Shown here piece by piece: positions 29,801 to 56,583 of a DNA stretch of 64,000 nt (its first letter is position 1; every line of letters starts with the position of its first letter). Made by a program: the position numbers and the translations under genes. The notes below the pieces were generated by a model that was not told the origin of the DNA, did not search any database, and saw nothing but the letters and a program-made list of their open reading frames with translations. This DNA comes from Azolla caroliniana (lineage: Eukaryota > Plantae > Polypodiophyta): NCBI GenBank assembly GCA_043228905.1, contig JBHGNT010000034.1:62001-126000 (forward strand), read 5' to 3'.

Positions 29801-31416
29801 ACGGTTTACAGCTGTCAGCAAAAAATTTAAAGATGAGAAAATTTCGGTGTGTTTTCTGCTTCCAATTTATCATAAAAACTTAATATGTACATGTATTGTT
29901 TGTGGATATTCTACATCTTTATTATTCAGCAAACTTCAGTAATCCATCCCTTTGTTGAAGAAAAAATGTAACTACCAGACCAACAGGCTGTGTATGTGTG
30001 CCAGTCATTTGGGTCCTTTGTATAGGCTACAGGCCCCCTTCATTCTGAGAAGCTTCATTTAAAAAATCTTGAGAATGAACACATGAAGTTCAGTTTGCCA
30101 TTTGAATACTGGAAACTTGTACGACTTCCCAGTTTGTAGCAGTGATAGCTGTTCAAAGAATCTACAGATATGCTAAATAAGTACAATGAATACCAAACAA
30201 AGAGCAAAAAGAAGTAATTCTCATGCCTAATTGGATGATTGACTACATTAGGAAGTGGAAGAGTATGCAAAATAAGGCAATGATAAATTTGTTTTAAGAA
30301 TTTTATCCTTCTCAAGTCTCATTTGTTTTTCGGAAAACACAGTGAGAAACTAGTTTCCTACTGATGATCAATTCAAATAGTGGCCATGTTCCTCTTAATA
30401 ATTTGTATGACCACTCCAATTCTGTCATGCCAGAAATGCCATGGCAGATAAGTAAAAATAAAATGAATCAGTCTTGAAAATAGTCTCAAAAACTGATATT
30501 CTCCTTTTATCCCAATGAGAAAAGCTTCCTAGACATTCATGCTAGCCAATTTCACTTGAGCTGCATGTAAGCTTTTGTTGAATGTTCCATCTGGTTTTAC
30601 ACCTGCTTATCTATGTCCAGAATAGATGCTCCATGATCATAAATTATCGCAATATTTGATTATAGAAATTCTCCTATCATTGTTTGGAATACTTATCCTC
30701 CACCAAAATATCGTAGATAAAAAGCCTTCTAGAATGCTGGTGAAAATAATATGACATTTGTGGAAAGTATGTTATATATAGCATACAAGAGGATTATGAT
30801 GTATTCTAGGTTCCATTTGGAGCTTTGTGTTTCTTCTTTCATGATTTTCCAAATTAACACACTCAAAGGATGCATCCTAAGATATTCTTGTAAGAACATA
30901 AATCATACTAAGTAGCTGGCTGGGTTTTGAAGTCCTCTTTTGAATTGTTAGACTTCTGCTTATATTCATATCTTATAGAAGTATCAATGTTTTCAAAGTT
31001 GATCTACTTCAATTCCCTCCAGAAACAGAAACACCTGATTTGCGTTTGGTAAACTGAACTGCAAAGACCTGTGTACCGTGAGTTATCGTTCCCAAATCTT
31101 CATGCAGACATGTGTATCACGTGTTACTAGTATAATTTGAATTGCGTTCAGAAATTGTGAAGGCTGGCTGATCATGAAAGTGGATGCTGAATTTTCTTAG
31201 GTAGACGAGCTCCTGAAGTCTAGAGAAAGCATTCAGTCGTCATTTTCATCGGGATCACAGATGAGAAGGCACACCAACAGTAGCAGCAACTTGGGGGGAT
31301 CAGGTGCTGCAACTGAAGAAAAAACTACAGTGACCTCTGAGGAATCCCCTACCAGGGATAAATCTGCCAAAAAGAAGTGGTATGGAATGAACTTCAAGGT
31401 GGACAAGAAGGTTTGA
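23891..31416 (+). CDS. ARG1: DnaJ/Hsp40 protein of the ARG1 (Altered Response to Gravity)/ARL family, about 405 aa
   Basis: 11 exons: 23891-24015, 25983-26106, 26267-26349, 26493-26604, 26689-26793, 26867-26917, 29176-29265, 29361-29469, 29547-29695, 29793-29846, 31201-31416 (TGA). J-domain RRDPYEVL...FHPDKN. ARG1-typical SKLGVPIKT, VTSAGMYFLHFQVY and GTHVFAVYGDNFFK. C-terminal coiled coil. Confidence 0.93.
24190..24500 (+). mobile_element. Highly decayed Ty3/gypsy RNase H remnant in DnaJ intron 1
   Basis: Fragmentary translation across frameshifts gives QQDRPIAFE...IHALKT...DHATLKYFCTQ...RWGQVMQEFHIEIEY...NVVVNALSRL, matching the gypsy RNase H motif pattern. Confidence 0.65.
25098..25714 (+). 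repeat. Tandem duplication/triplication in DnaJ intron 1 (about 266-bp period plus a third partial copy)
   Basis: TTTACCAGACCTATGC...GGACTGTTCTCAT at about 25098 and 25364. The inner block CATAGGTCA...TTGACCTCCAAG...GGTTACAAAATCTATC...GGACTGTTCTCAT occurs three times. Confidence 0.9.
27721..27985 (+). repeat. Tandem duplication, about 134-bp unit x2, intronic
   Basis: AAATTAGAAATTGAAGGATA...TTTGTACAGAGGTGATGTAGCAACA...TTTTTTGATAAACCAATAA is repeated. An older duplicate pair also lies at about 27180-27325 and 27425-27568. Confidence 0.85.
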
Positions 31417-32220
31417 TGCATCCATCCGTCAATCATATATATACATACGTATACCCAAGCCATGTTGTTATCTGTCATTCTGGTACACCATGATCTACAC
31501 CGAGGAGGCCACACCAGCTTGTATGATACAGTGCTCAATTTATATCTCTTCTTTCCAGTCAATTATGACATTTGTCTGAGTCAGATACACAGGTTGATAT
31601 AAACCTAGATAGTTAATGTAGAGCCTACCTAATATGATATGGTTATCATATTTGCTGTCAAGGGTGCTCTTGGTGTCAATATTGAGGTTTGCCTCACTCA
31701 GTTCTTTACCATACCCAATATGATAAGGAACTTATGACCCTCAAGGATGCTCCACTGTATCATTGCTCATTCTTGTTCAGTGGGCATTTCAACTTAGGCT
31801 GTGGTGTTGAAGTGCGCACTGTGTTGCATTATTTTCTCTATCTGTTTTCCAGTTTATGATTACCCAAATTAATATCAGGAAATATTGGGTGTATTAATAT
31901 CACTTAACCAGCAGACTTTTCTTAAGTGACTTGATCTAACCCCAAACTCATAAGGGTGAGGTTAGAGTTGCTGAGCTGCTGATGGACTTCGATGTTTTGT
32001 AGGTTGATTTGATTCTCCTTAGTGTATCTACTGCAAATTCAGAATTCTTTCAGTTCATATGGTACAGTAAAGTCGTTGATCATTAAAGGATGTGATAAAC
32101 AAGCTGCACCATTGAGTAAATCCAAGGCTGATATGAGAATGCAGATTGGCCACAATGAAGACGATTATGCTCTTGTTTGAGTTTTGGTGATAATTATGAT
32201 ATATTAATTGGTAACAAATA

Positions 32221-32360
32221 ATTCTGTTGGTTGCTCTGATTATGTTGAACATAAAAACGTTTGCTCCATAGTTGGCAGTTTGAATGAGATTTCTGTTGGT
32301 TGCTCTGATTATGTTGAACTTAAAAACGTTTGCTCCATAGTTGGCAGCAGTTCGAATGAG
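32221..32360 (+). repeat. Tandem duplication, about 69-bp unit x2
   Basis: TTCTGTTGGTTGCTCTGATTATGTTGAAC(A/T)TAAAAACGTTTGCTCCATAGTTGGCAG occurs twice in tandem. Confidence 0.9.
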
Positions 32361-33201
32361 GTTTCAAGGAATGTTCAACTCGTAAATCTCTCTCATAGAC
32401 GTGCAACTCTTAATAATTATCATAAAAGAAAACTTATATTCTCATGGTTAATTATAAGCCTTTGTTCAATCTCAACAACGGTGTTTTTTGCGTATTGAGG
32501 AGAGCCATGAAGAAACCAATGTAGTGTGTTGTGTGAAGATTCGAAAATGTTATTTAATACTTATTTGTTCGGCAATAAACATTAAACAACACAAAACTCA
32601 TTTCACATATCAAAACATGCCCTGAATGGTGTGCATTGTGTAATACTTCACATTTATTAGTGTGCTGTTCATGTTTGATTGGCCAAATTTTACAACTATG
32701 GTTCAATTAGACATATTAGACCCACTTCTCAACCCTACATGGTATGCATGCATTGTGCATAGAAGATGATATAATGACACTTGTCATTTAGCACATCTCA
32801 TACTCCATTTAACATCTTCATAGATTGCCATATAAAACGTCTTATGTAAAGAAGGTTGTTGTCACCGAGTGAAAGTTGTAGTGAGCAATTGGAAATGTAA
32901 TAAGTTGTTGAGGTTGGTTGTTCTATTGTATATTGACAAAATATCCCCATTTGCTTGCAATAAGAGATGCCATTGCATCACCACTCATTACTATGCATGT
33001 AGATTATTCATTGACTCATTTTGTTGCGATTATACCATTTCCCATGATTATCCTCGGATCAAACATGCCCCATATTCTCATAACACGAGGAAACATTTAC
33101 CCACATTTGGTGCCACAAGAGAAACTTCTCATAGCTTCAATGGAAGAGAAATGGTGCGAACTAGTAGTCACTTTGGGACATTTGGATGAGACCTCACATT
33201 G

Positions 33202-33879
33202 TGTTAGGAAACCGGTCCCTTCGGATGGGAAGTGAGTAGAACAATATTGATGAGCAAACTCGGCCGAGGCCGGAACCAGAGGACGAGTACCCAACTACGG
33301 AAGACCCGGTGAGAACCGGATGAGGAGTACCCGGAAATGGAAGACCCGGTGAGAACTGGATGATGAATGCCCGGCAAGCGCCGGATGATGCAGGCCCGGT
33401 GAGAAGTGCTCACCGGATGAAGGGACATATTTGTAAATATGTTTTCTGAGAGTCCATCGGGGCTATATTTGTAAATAGCCGATAAGTCATATTAGTATAA
33501 ATATGACTTAGGGCAAACTTAGAAAGATGATGTTGTTGTCATTCTTGTTGGAGCAAGATTAGAGCGCAATAGTGTACATAGAGAGAGAAAGAGAGAGAGA
33601 AAGAGACGAAGAGTTCGTATCTATGTTGTAACCGCCGCCTGTGGCGAAGACAGTGAACAAGAGGTCGTTGCCTCTGTGTTCATCTATTGTATATTGTCAC
33701 ATAGTGATAGTTAGCAGTCAGTGGACTGCCGTGGTTTTTCCCGTGTTTGGGTTTTCCACGTAAACATCCTGTGTACTCTTCTCTCCATTGTGTCGTGCAT
33801 TCATTCCCGTTTTTTTGTGTTTGATTCTAAGCTTGGTTGTGGCCGAGCGTTGTTCATCGGGAGTGTGTAGTTCCTGTCA
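33202..33879 (+). mobile_element. Solo LTR, 678 bp, probably Ty1/copia-type
   Basis: Termini TGTTAGGAA...TTCCTGTCA (7/9 inverted match) with an exact 5-bp TSD CATTG (33197-33201 and 33880-33884). Internal GAAGACCCGGTGAGAA repeats, TATAAATA at about 33496, and CGTGGTTTTTCCC...GGGTTTTCCACG (33730-33760), a motif I recognise from plant copia LTRs. Confidence 0.88.
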
Positions 33880-34479
33880 CATTGATCGATCAGGTAAACC
33901 AAGAGTAGCTTTGAGAGGCAATATCAAATGTGTAAGGACTAGGTAGGCAACCCCACACATAATGATAAAATGGGGTATCCAAGGGACAATAATATGGACG
34001 TTGGGAGAGAGAGAGAGAGTAGAAGAAAAAAAAGCGATGAGGTTCCAAGAATAGGGTTGAAACATGTTTCTGATGTAACTTTGTACTCAAAACTTCGATT
34101 TTTATGATTTTTGGCTCGTTGCGAAGCTCGTTCAAAAAGCTTTCTAAGGATTATTTTCACGCTAAGTTTTGTTATCGTTACAAGAAGCTACAAGCAAAAT
34201 CAAAATCGTCTCAAGTTAGTTCTCTCAATCTCTATTAGGATGGCTAACACAACAATAGGAAGTGAGTTGATGATTGTTGATGGATGTGGTAGTAATGATG
34301 GTTGTGAAAATTACAAGAGGCAAAAGTGTATCGATTCTATAGAACATGAGAAAACATCATATGTTGTTAGTCTTGGTGGGAAAAATGTTATTGGAGATGA
34401 TTATAATATTGGCAATCGTTGTGATTTTGTTAAGGCTTTGCTTTCCGATTGGGCTTTGCTTTGATTTTGTTAAGACAAG

Positions 34480-36950
34480 AATTTTATAATGTAATTGGGA
34501 ATGTCGTGAATACAAATATTTGTCAAGAATTGGATGCCGATTTTGAAGAAGTTGAGGTGGAAAAGGTATTGTTACATCTTCCAAATGGTCAAAGCCCTGG
34601 TTGGGATGGTGTTACAAACGAAGTATTTAATATGTATGCTGACATGCTTAAGAGTCCATTCACACAAATGTTTCAACAATGTTGGGATTCTGGTTTAATG
34701 GCTGAGAGCTGGAAGGTGGGCTTAATCAAATTGATACCAAAGGTACCATTTCCGGAGTCATTTCATCAATGGAGGTCTATTTCATTGATGGGAGGGTTAT
34801 ACACAAAGTGTTTGCAAAAATATTATCCAACAGACTTCAGAAGTTCTTACCTCAACGTATTCATCCATCTCAATATGGTTTTATTATAGGTAGAAATATA
34901 TTGCATAATGTTTTGAATGTTCAAATGGCTACCAATTATGCTCGACATACACATCAAGAAATGGTTATGGTGCAATTAGATTTGGAAAAAACATATGATC
35001 ATGTTAATTGGTCTTTCCTCTCAAGTGTGATGTATAATATGGGGTTTGGTCCTCGTATGTGTCAACTTATCTTTTTGCTAGGGCAAAATGCGACCTTGCG
35101 TGTGATGCTTAATGGCGGAGTTACTTCGAAAGTGTTTCTTACTAGATCCACACGGCAAGGATGTCCACTAAACCCATTGTTATTTGCTATTGTTACACAT
35201 CCTTTGTTAGTAATGTTGTCAAATCTTGCGGCTAATGGTGATATTGTGGGTTTGCATCTTCCTTCTGGTGGACAATTGGTGGCACAAGCATTGGCAGATG
35301 ATTCTTTTATGTTTTTACAAGCCTCTAAAGAAAATCTTGAAAGAAGCATGCAAGTTTGGGATCAATTTGATTTGGCTTCAAGGTTGTATATAAATTGGAG
35401 GAAGTCTTGCCTTATTTCTTATAGGGAGAGTGATTTGGAATGTTTGGGATGGTGAGGGTCAGTGATTACACGAGGATCAATTTATTGACATTTGGGTTCC
35501 ATTGGGTGTTGATGTTACAAATGTTCAATTGATTGATTGGATTGGTAGTAAATTGAAGGAAAAATTTATGTATTGGAAGTCTCAATTATGGCCCTTTCAT
35601 GTACGACTCAAAGTGGTGCAATGTATCTTGATACCCATGTTATTATATTTTTTGCCTTTACTATCTTGGACTAAGAAGGCATTACAAAACATTTTACAAC
35701 CTATTCGGTTCATGTTGTGGCGGAAGGGAGAAATGATAGGAGTTGCATGGATTTCATGGGAGCATTTGGCTACTCCTAAAAGGTTAGGTGGTGCAACAAT
35801 ATTTTGGGATTTGGAAAGGCATTTGATGGCTTGTAGATTTGCATTATTACGTGATATATGTCAAAAAGATCAACCATGGATATCTATGATGCAATATTTT
35901 ATTGAGCATGAAGGGTTGGTGCACGGGAAAACAAAGATTCAAGCATCTTGGCGGTCATTATGCAATGGAAGTATTCCTCTAAAGATTCAACATTCTGTAT
36001 GTGGACAACATTTGGTAAGATCATGGCAAGATGCATTATCTCTTTTTGAATGGGGACCGTCAAGTGATCGAGATTATTGTAATTCATTACAAAATGAATT
36101 GCTTGTTTATTCTTGAGTGTTGTTTTGGCATGGGAAAGAGAAGTTAAGATCTCAATTCAATCGTTTATTTCGATTGGGGATTGTACATTTGGAAGATGTG
36201 GTTGATAATGAATCTCAATGGTTGTCGGATTTTGAAGATGCCAAGCGATGGTTATGTATTCCCCCAAATTATGGATTTATTTGGGAGAAATTACAAGATA
36301 TACCATTGTTGCAAGGATCTTTGCCATTGAAAACAAATTTTGCACCTTGGGTGGATTGGCGGTTACAAGATGGTACACACTTATTACAGGTCACTACAAA
36401 TATATTGTATCATCATGCGATGGCATCATTATCTTGGCTATCTCCTAAAACATCAAAGTTGTAGAATGTATGTAAGTCAGATGCAAGGTCGTGGAAAATA
36501 TTACAACGTAGTTGGCATTCCCATCTACCATTTCGTGCAAAGGCATTCATATGGAGAGTCATGATTGGTGGGTAGCGGGCTCCCATTAGGTTTAGCCTTA
36601 AAGAGACGAGGACTAGGGTCCGACGCTTGTTTCTTTTGGACCGTTCCATTGGAGGATAGTACACATTGGTTCATTAAATGTCCTATAGCGTTGTTGTTTG
36701 AGACCTCAACGATGGATTTTTTCTCAAAATATGTTCAAAATGGTTCGAATGATGATCTGATGGAGATATTGTTTCAATTTTTTACGTTATTGGGATCTAC
36801 AACACAATTAGAATATGCGCAATGCTTTCATGTTTGATAATAGACATGGGGTGAAAGCCTATATAAAGAAGCTTAAAGGTATTCTCATGTGGAATTCTTG
36901 GATGTTAGAGCGGGTGGGGATCATTTCCTCAGGTTTTTGAATGGCATTAC
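34480..36950 (+). mobile_element. Decayed L1/Tx1-type LINE, ORF2 (RT plus zf-RVT), lacking the endonuclease part
   Basis: SPGWDG, W(R)SISLM, QYGFIIGRNI, LDLEKTYDHVNW, RQGCPLNPLLF, LADD and the C-terminal KAFIWR...CFFW...E...HWFIKC zinc finger, spread over several frameshifts and stops. Both ends are imprecise and no TSD was found. Confidence 0.9.
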
Positions 36951-37102
36951 ATAACGTCCGTCTCCCATACTACAACATAGGGATACATATATGTACATAT
37001 ATGAAAATATAGATAATAAGATAGGTAGACGAGACTAATAATATGAAATAAAATAAAATAAGATAATATAATATGCGTGTGAGAAGAGGGTGGGGTGGGT
37101 AC

Positions 37103-37107
<5 letters not shown>

Positions 37108-37143
<36 letters not shown>
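37108..37143 (+). repeat. (GA)n microsatellite in the OTC 5' UTR
   Basis: About 18 GA units, about 30 nt upstream of the ATG at 37174. Confidence 0.9.
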
Positions 37144-37144
<1 letters not shown>

Positions 37145-37173
37145 AGAGGAAGGAGAGATAGAGAAGGGGAAGG

Positions 37174-52689
<15,516 letters not shown>

Positions 52690-53130
52690 AGATATCTGCT
52701 CTAGGGGAAGTGTACTAAATAAATAAAAGCTAGTAGAAACAGAACTTCAGAAATGTTGAAAAGAATGTTAATTTTTGGCGTGGTTAGTTATAGAAATTAG
52801 TGCTTTCATAAATTATGCTTGGCTTGTAGTCCTCCATTATGGACAGCCGACTAGTGTGAGGAAGGTAACTATAGAACAGACTTATATTCTCTTGAGTGAA
52901 CTTAGGGAAACCTGAATTTGTTGTAATGATGATGAATTCTTATTTTGTTGACTTTTGAATGAGCTGCTTAGGTTTTGGGAACTTGGAACATTCTAAAATA
53001 TGTTACAACATTGATTATTTAAGTCAAGAAAATCTGGCTAATGTTGAATGGAGGGATGTATGCCAATGCTGTGTTACACAGATGGTGCTATTAATGTGAA
53101 TGCAGTTTTAAGTTCTAGGTGTAAATTATG

Positions 53131-53272
53131 TATCTCAGCTAAGTGATCTAGAAGAATTGAACATCTGTATAATCGTACGTATCTCAGCTTCCTGTTTGAG
53201 AAGAATTGAACATCTGTATAATCATACATATCTCAGCGTTCTGTTCGAGAAGAAGTGAACATCTGTCTAATC
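53131..53272 (+). repeat. Tandem repeat, 49-bp unit x3
   Basis: TATCTCAGC...AGAAGAA(T/G)TGAACATCTGT starts at 53131, 53180 and 53229. Confidence 0.9.
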
Positions 53273-54080
53273 TTGAGGTCTTCAGGAATGGCAATTGAAG
53301 GAACTCAATGGCCGGACTGACTATTCAGTCATATGCACATGTATTTACTATTAAAGGAATTACAGGAAATAACAAATATTACTGTCATGAGAATGATAGT
53401 TAAGGGACTCAGTAGGTGGAATAACAGGAAACAGCAATGTAAGTACGTTTTTTAGAGATGTATTAACATTGGAAAGGTTTACTAGTCACTGTTTTTTTTA
53501 TACTTTTGCCTTATTTTATGGTAGGGATGTGATTGGCGGTCTGTCGGGGCCATTCTTATATTTCTATCTTTCTGGTATATTAGGTGCATTCGTCCAGGAT
53601 TTACTGGTTTTATTTTTACCTTTCTAGTGCATTAGGTACATTCCTCCAAGTGGAGACTGTATACAGTTTGAGCATACCACCTGTTCTATACATTTGGAAG
53701 ATGGAGCATTAGAGACGGCCACCATGGACCATTTTCATTGCTCAATGATAGTTACATTGCTTCTCCTTTTCACACAAGTGTCAACTATCCTATTTTCAAA
53801 TAATCATTAAATAAATCAAAATTTAAATGTTTTACCAGTGAGTGCTGTAACGGATTCTATTATAACATAATTTGGGTTTCATAACAAATTTCACAGGAAG
53901 ACAAAGGAGTCAGTTCATATACCAAACCAAATAACAAAATTTATCATAATTTTAGGTGGGCATCTCATAACAAATCCAATGGGGCTAAAAGATGTTGGTT
54001 CACATATCATGCGGAAACATACATTGTACCAAGCCAAATCTCAACTACCACTGTGAAGGAGACAATTAGCATTGGGAATG

Positions 54081-54497
54081 TTAACCAGGTCCGACCTTGG
54101 GGATATCATAATGCTCACTTAGGTTTGCAAGATACTGATTGAACTCTCCAACCCTCTCTCTATGAGACTTCTTAGCGACTTTCTTAAGGCGTTGCAAATC
54201 CAGCTTTAATTTTTGTTCCTGATACCTTTTCTCAGCTGCCGTACGATGATCCTCTGCTTCATCACGTTGCAACCTTTCATCATCACCCATATCCTCATGC
54301 TTCCTTTGTTCTTCACCTAGTGCAGATTCTGCACCATTATCAGCTACATTGGAAGGTGTCTCTTGAGTTATAGTGGCCAATAACTGTTTTAGGTGAAGCT
54401 TATCTTTCTTCTTTTTCCTTTTCTTGTTTCCTGACTGAACATCCAGTGCTGTCCCTTTGAGCTTAAGCTTGCCTCCAACCACATTTTCATACGACAT
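54081..54497 (-). CDS. FAM32A: FAM32A-like small nuclear protein, 138 aa
   Basis: Single coding exon: MSYENVVGGKLKLKG...KSHRERVGEFNQYLANLSEHYDIPKVGPG, both ends family signatures. Probable 5' UTR intron at about 54540-55209. Telo-box-like ATTAGGG and a TGGGCC site-II-like motif lie upstream. Confidence 0.93.
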   Translation of the reverse strand: MSYENVVGGKLKLKGTALDVQSGNKKRKKKKDKLHLKQLLATITQETPSNVADNGAESALGEEQRKHEDMGDDERLQRDEAEDHRTAAEKRYQEQKLKLDLQRLKKVAKKSHRERVGEFNQYLANLSEHYDIPKVGPG

Positions 54498-56583
54498 TGT
54501 CCTTTACCAGGAAAGCACTAATAATGTAGAATACAAATCCTGAATAAACTTAAGTAAAAAATGGGATTAACGTAAGCTTGCAAGTACCTTTTTTGAATCA
54601 GAAATGCATGAAATGCTAACTAGTTTCAAATCTCGCAGAGCATAAGTTGATTAAACACTTCATGCAGACCATGGCTAAGATCCTATGGCATCTCTTATAT
54701 CCAGTTTTGAGTGAAAGCTCACGTTACGGATGCTTATATAGAGTAGTTTTAAGTAGATGTGCCATTGTAATGAGTTCCCATCTGGAATATAGAAACAAAC
54801 TTTGAACAACGGAAACATGAACATTTGGTTAAAACACCTACTTCTAATTAAATTCAAGTTCAGTAGAGGATATTTTGAAAGAAAGACCTTGCTGAATAGA
54901 TATATTTCGAGAACAAGTTGCAATAGGCCATGTTAAATAGAACTTCTGATTGTGTACGAAGAGAAGGAAAGAAGAGAGCGAATGTTGTTACTAAAGGGAC
55001 TCCGCCCCAATAAAATCAACACAAAGACGCAGATAATCGGAATTTCATTTCTTTTTTGTAACATCGTTTTTAATCCAAAAAGCAGAGGTAAACAACTCTG
55101 ATGTGAGAGCGCGACGCTGTACTGCTATTTCGCTGTTGCAAACGGTAGTCTCTATTACATATTACACACGCACACAAACAAACAAACACCCAGAGATTAG
55201 GGCAATCACCTGGATTCAATCGTCAGGAGCGAATTAGGGCAAAAGTGTGCAGAGACGCTCCGAGAATGTGAAAAACTTTGGGTCATCGGCTAAAATTCGA
55301 CGACTCCTGCTAACACACTAAATGCGTAAAAGAGAACGCCACATGATTTCACATGGTGCTACAAATGAAGCCTTTATCCATGGGCCTACATGACACCGTG
55401 GAATAATTGTTTACAAGGCCGTTCCCAGGAGGAACTTGATCATAGTATGTATGTGTATAGGTTTTAGAGCTAACACTAGTTTGTGTGTCAATAGTATCCT
55501 TTCCATCTTGCCCATCGTTACAAGGATACTAACTATATACATATGTCAACACCGTCAGAGGGCCCCCCTAATTCAACAATTAAAAGAAGTTTATCCAAGC
55601 TTATAGTTGTGGCAAGTTTCTTTTGTTAAAATGGTAATGAGATTTGATTGAATTTAACAAAGGTAAATACACGATAAGTCTTGTGTTTTTGACTAACCTT
55701 TAACCATATATTTGTATTCCATTACAAAAATAAATTGCCTAGAACTTATTTTAGCAATTGTTCCGGCATCATAAAACATGGTATAGGTATGCATGATACA
55801 ATATCCAAATCAAGCTATGAATTGGTGGAGGGTCCTAAATTGCACACACTTTTTTGTGCTCCTAGTAAGGAACCAATGAGTTCTTTAAGAATCTGTCCAC
55901 CACTTTGCCTCAATCTATATATAATTTGTATGGTTTGCATTTGTTTTAGTGGGATATTTGTCATGGTTATGTTGGCGAGAATGCTTCAAAATGCATAGAG
56001 AGGGTTGAACCAAAAATGAAGGAACGTTGGGTATGTCTGGCAGTCTGTTAGGACATAATTATTATCTTAGAGCAAGGATAAAATCAAGCTAAAGGTAACT
56101 AGTGATATTGCCAAATTTGCATATGCAAGCAGAACTTTACAAAGGTACCTTTTAACTGTAATGTCAATCACAAGCTTTTCTTACATTAAACTTTCATGAA
56201 TGGATTTGTCCTATGATCATCCCTCTTGTTTAACCTCCCACAAAACCATTTCATAAATGGATTGGTCATGTGGTCATCCCTCTTGTTTGACCTCCTCAAA
56301 CCAAGGGTGCCTTCACACTAAAATAAAAAGCTCAATTTCAAGATTAAATTATGCGGTGTTCATATAGGTAAAGGAAAATTACACCTTGGAAGTTAAAGAT
56401 CACCATAGACTTAAGATTGACATGAAAAAGCTCTGAAACATCTCAAGCTCCAGATATCGTTTGGCAGTGAAAAATATGGCTGCTGGTGCTTTCAATAACT
56501 TGACTACATGTGCGCGTCATTTGCAACTGTTGATATACAAACAACAGATGATATTTTGATGAAGTAAAATAATGTAATTGTTG

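Noticed and set aside
53131-53272. Regularly spaced repeats as a CRISPR-like array
   Set aside because: Whole units are similar with no unique spacers, the context is eukaryotic and no cas genes are present.
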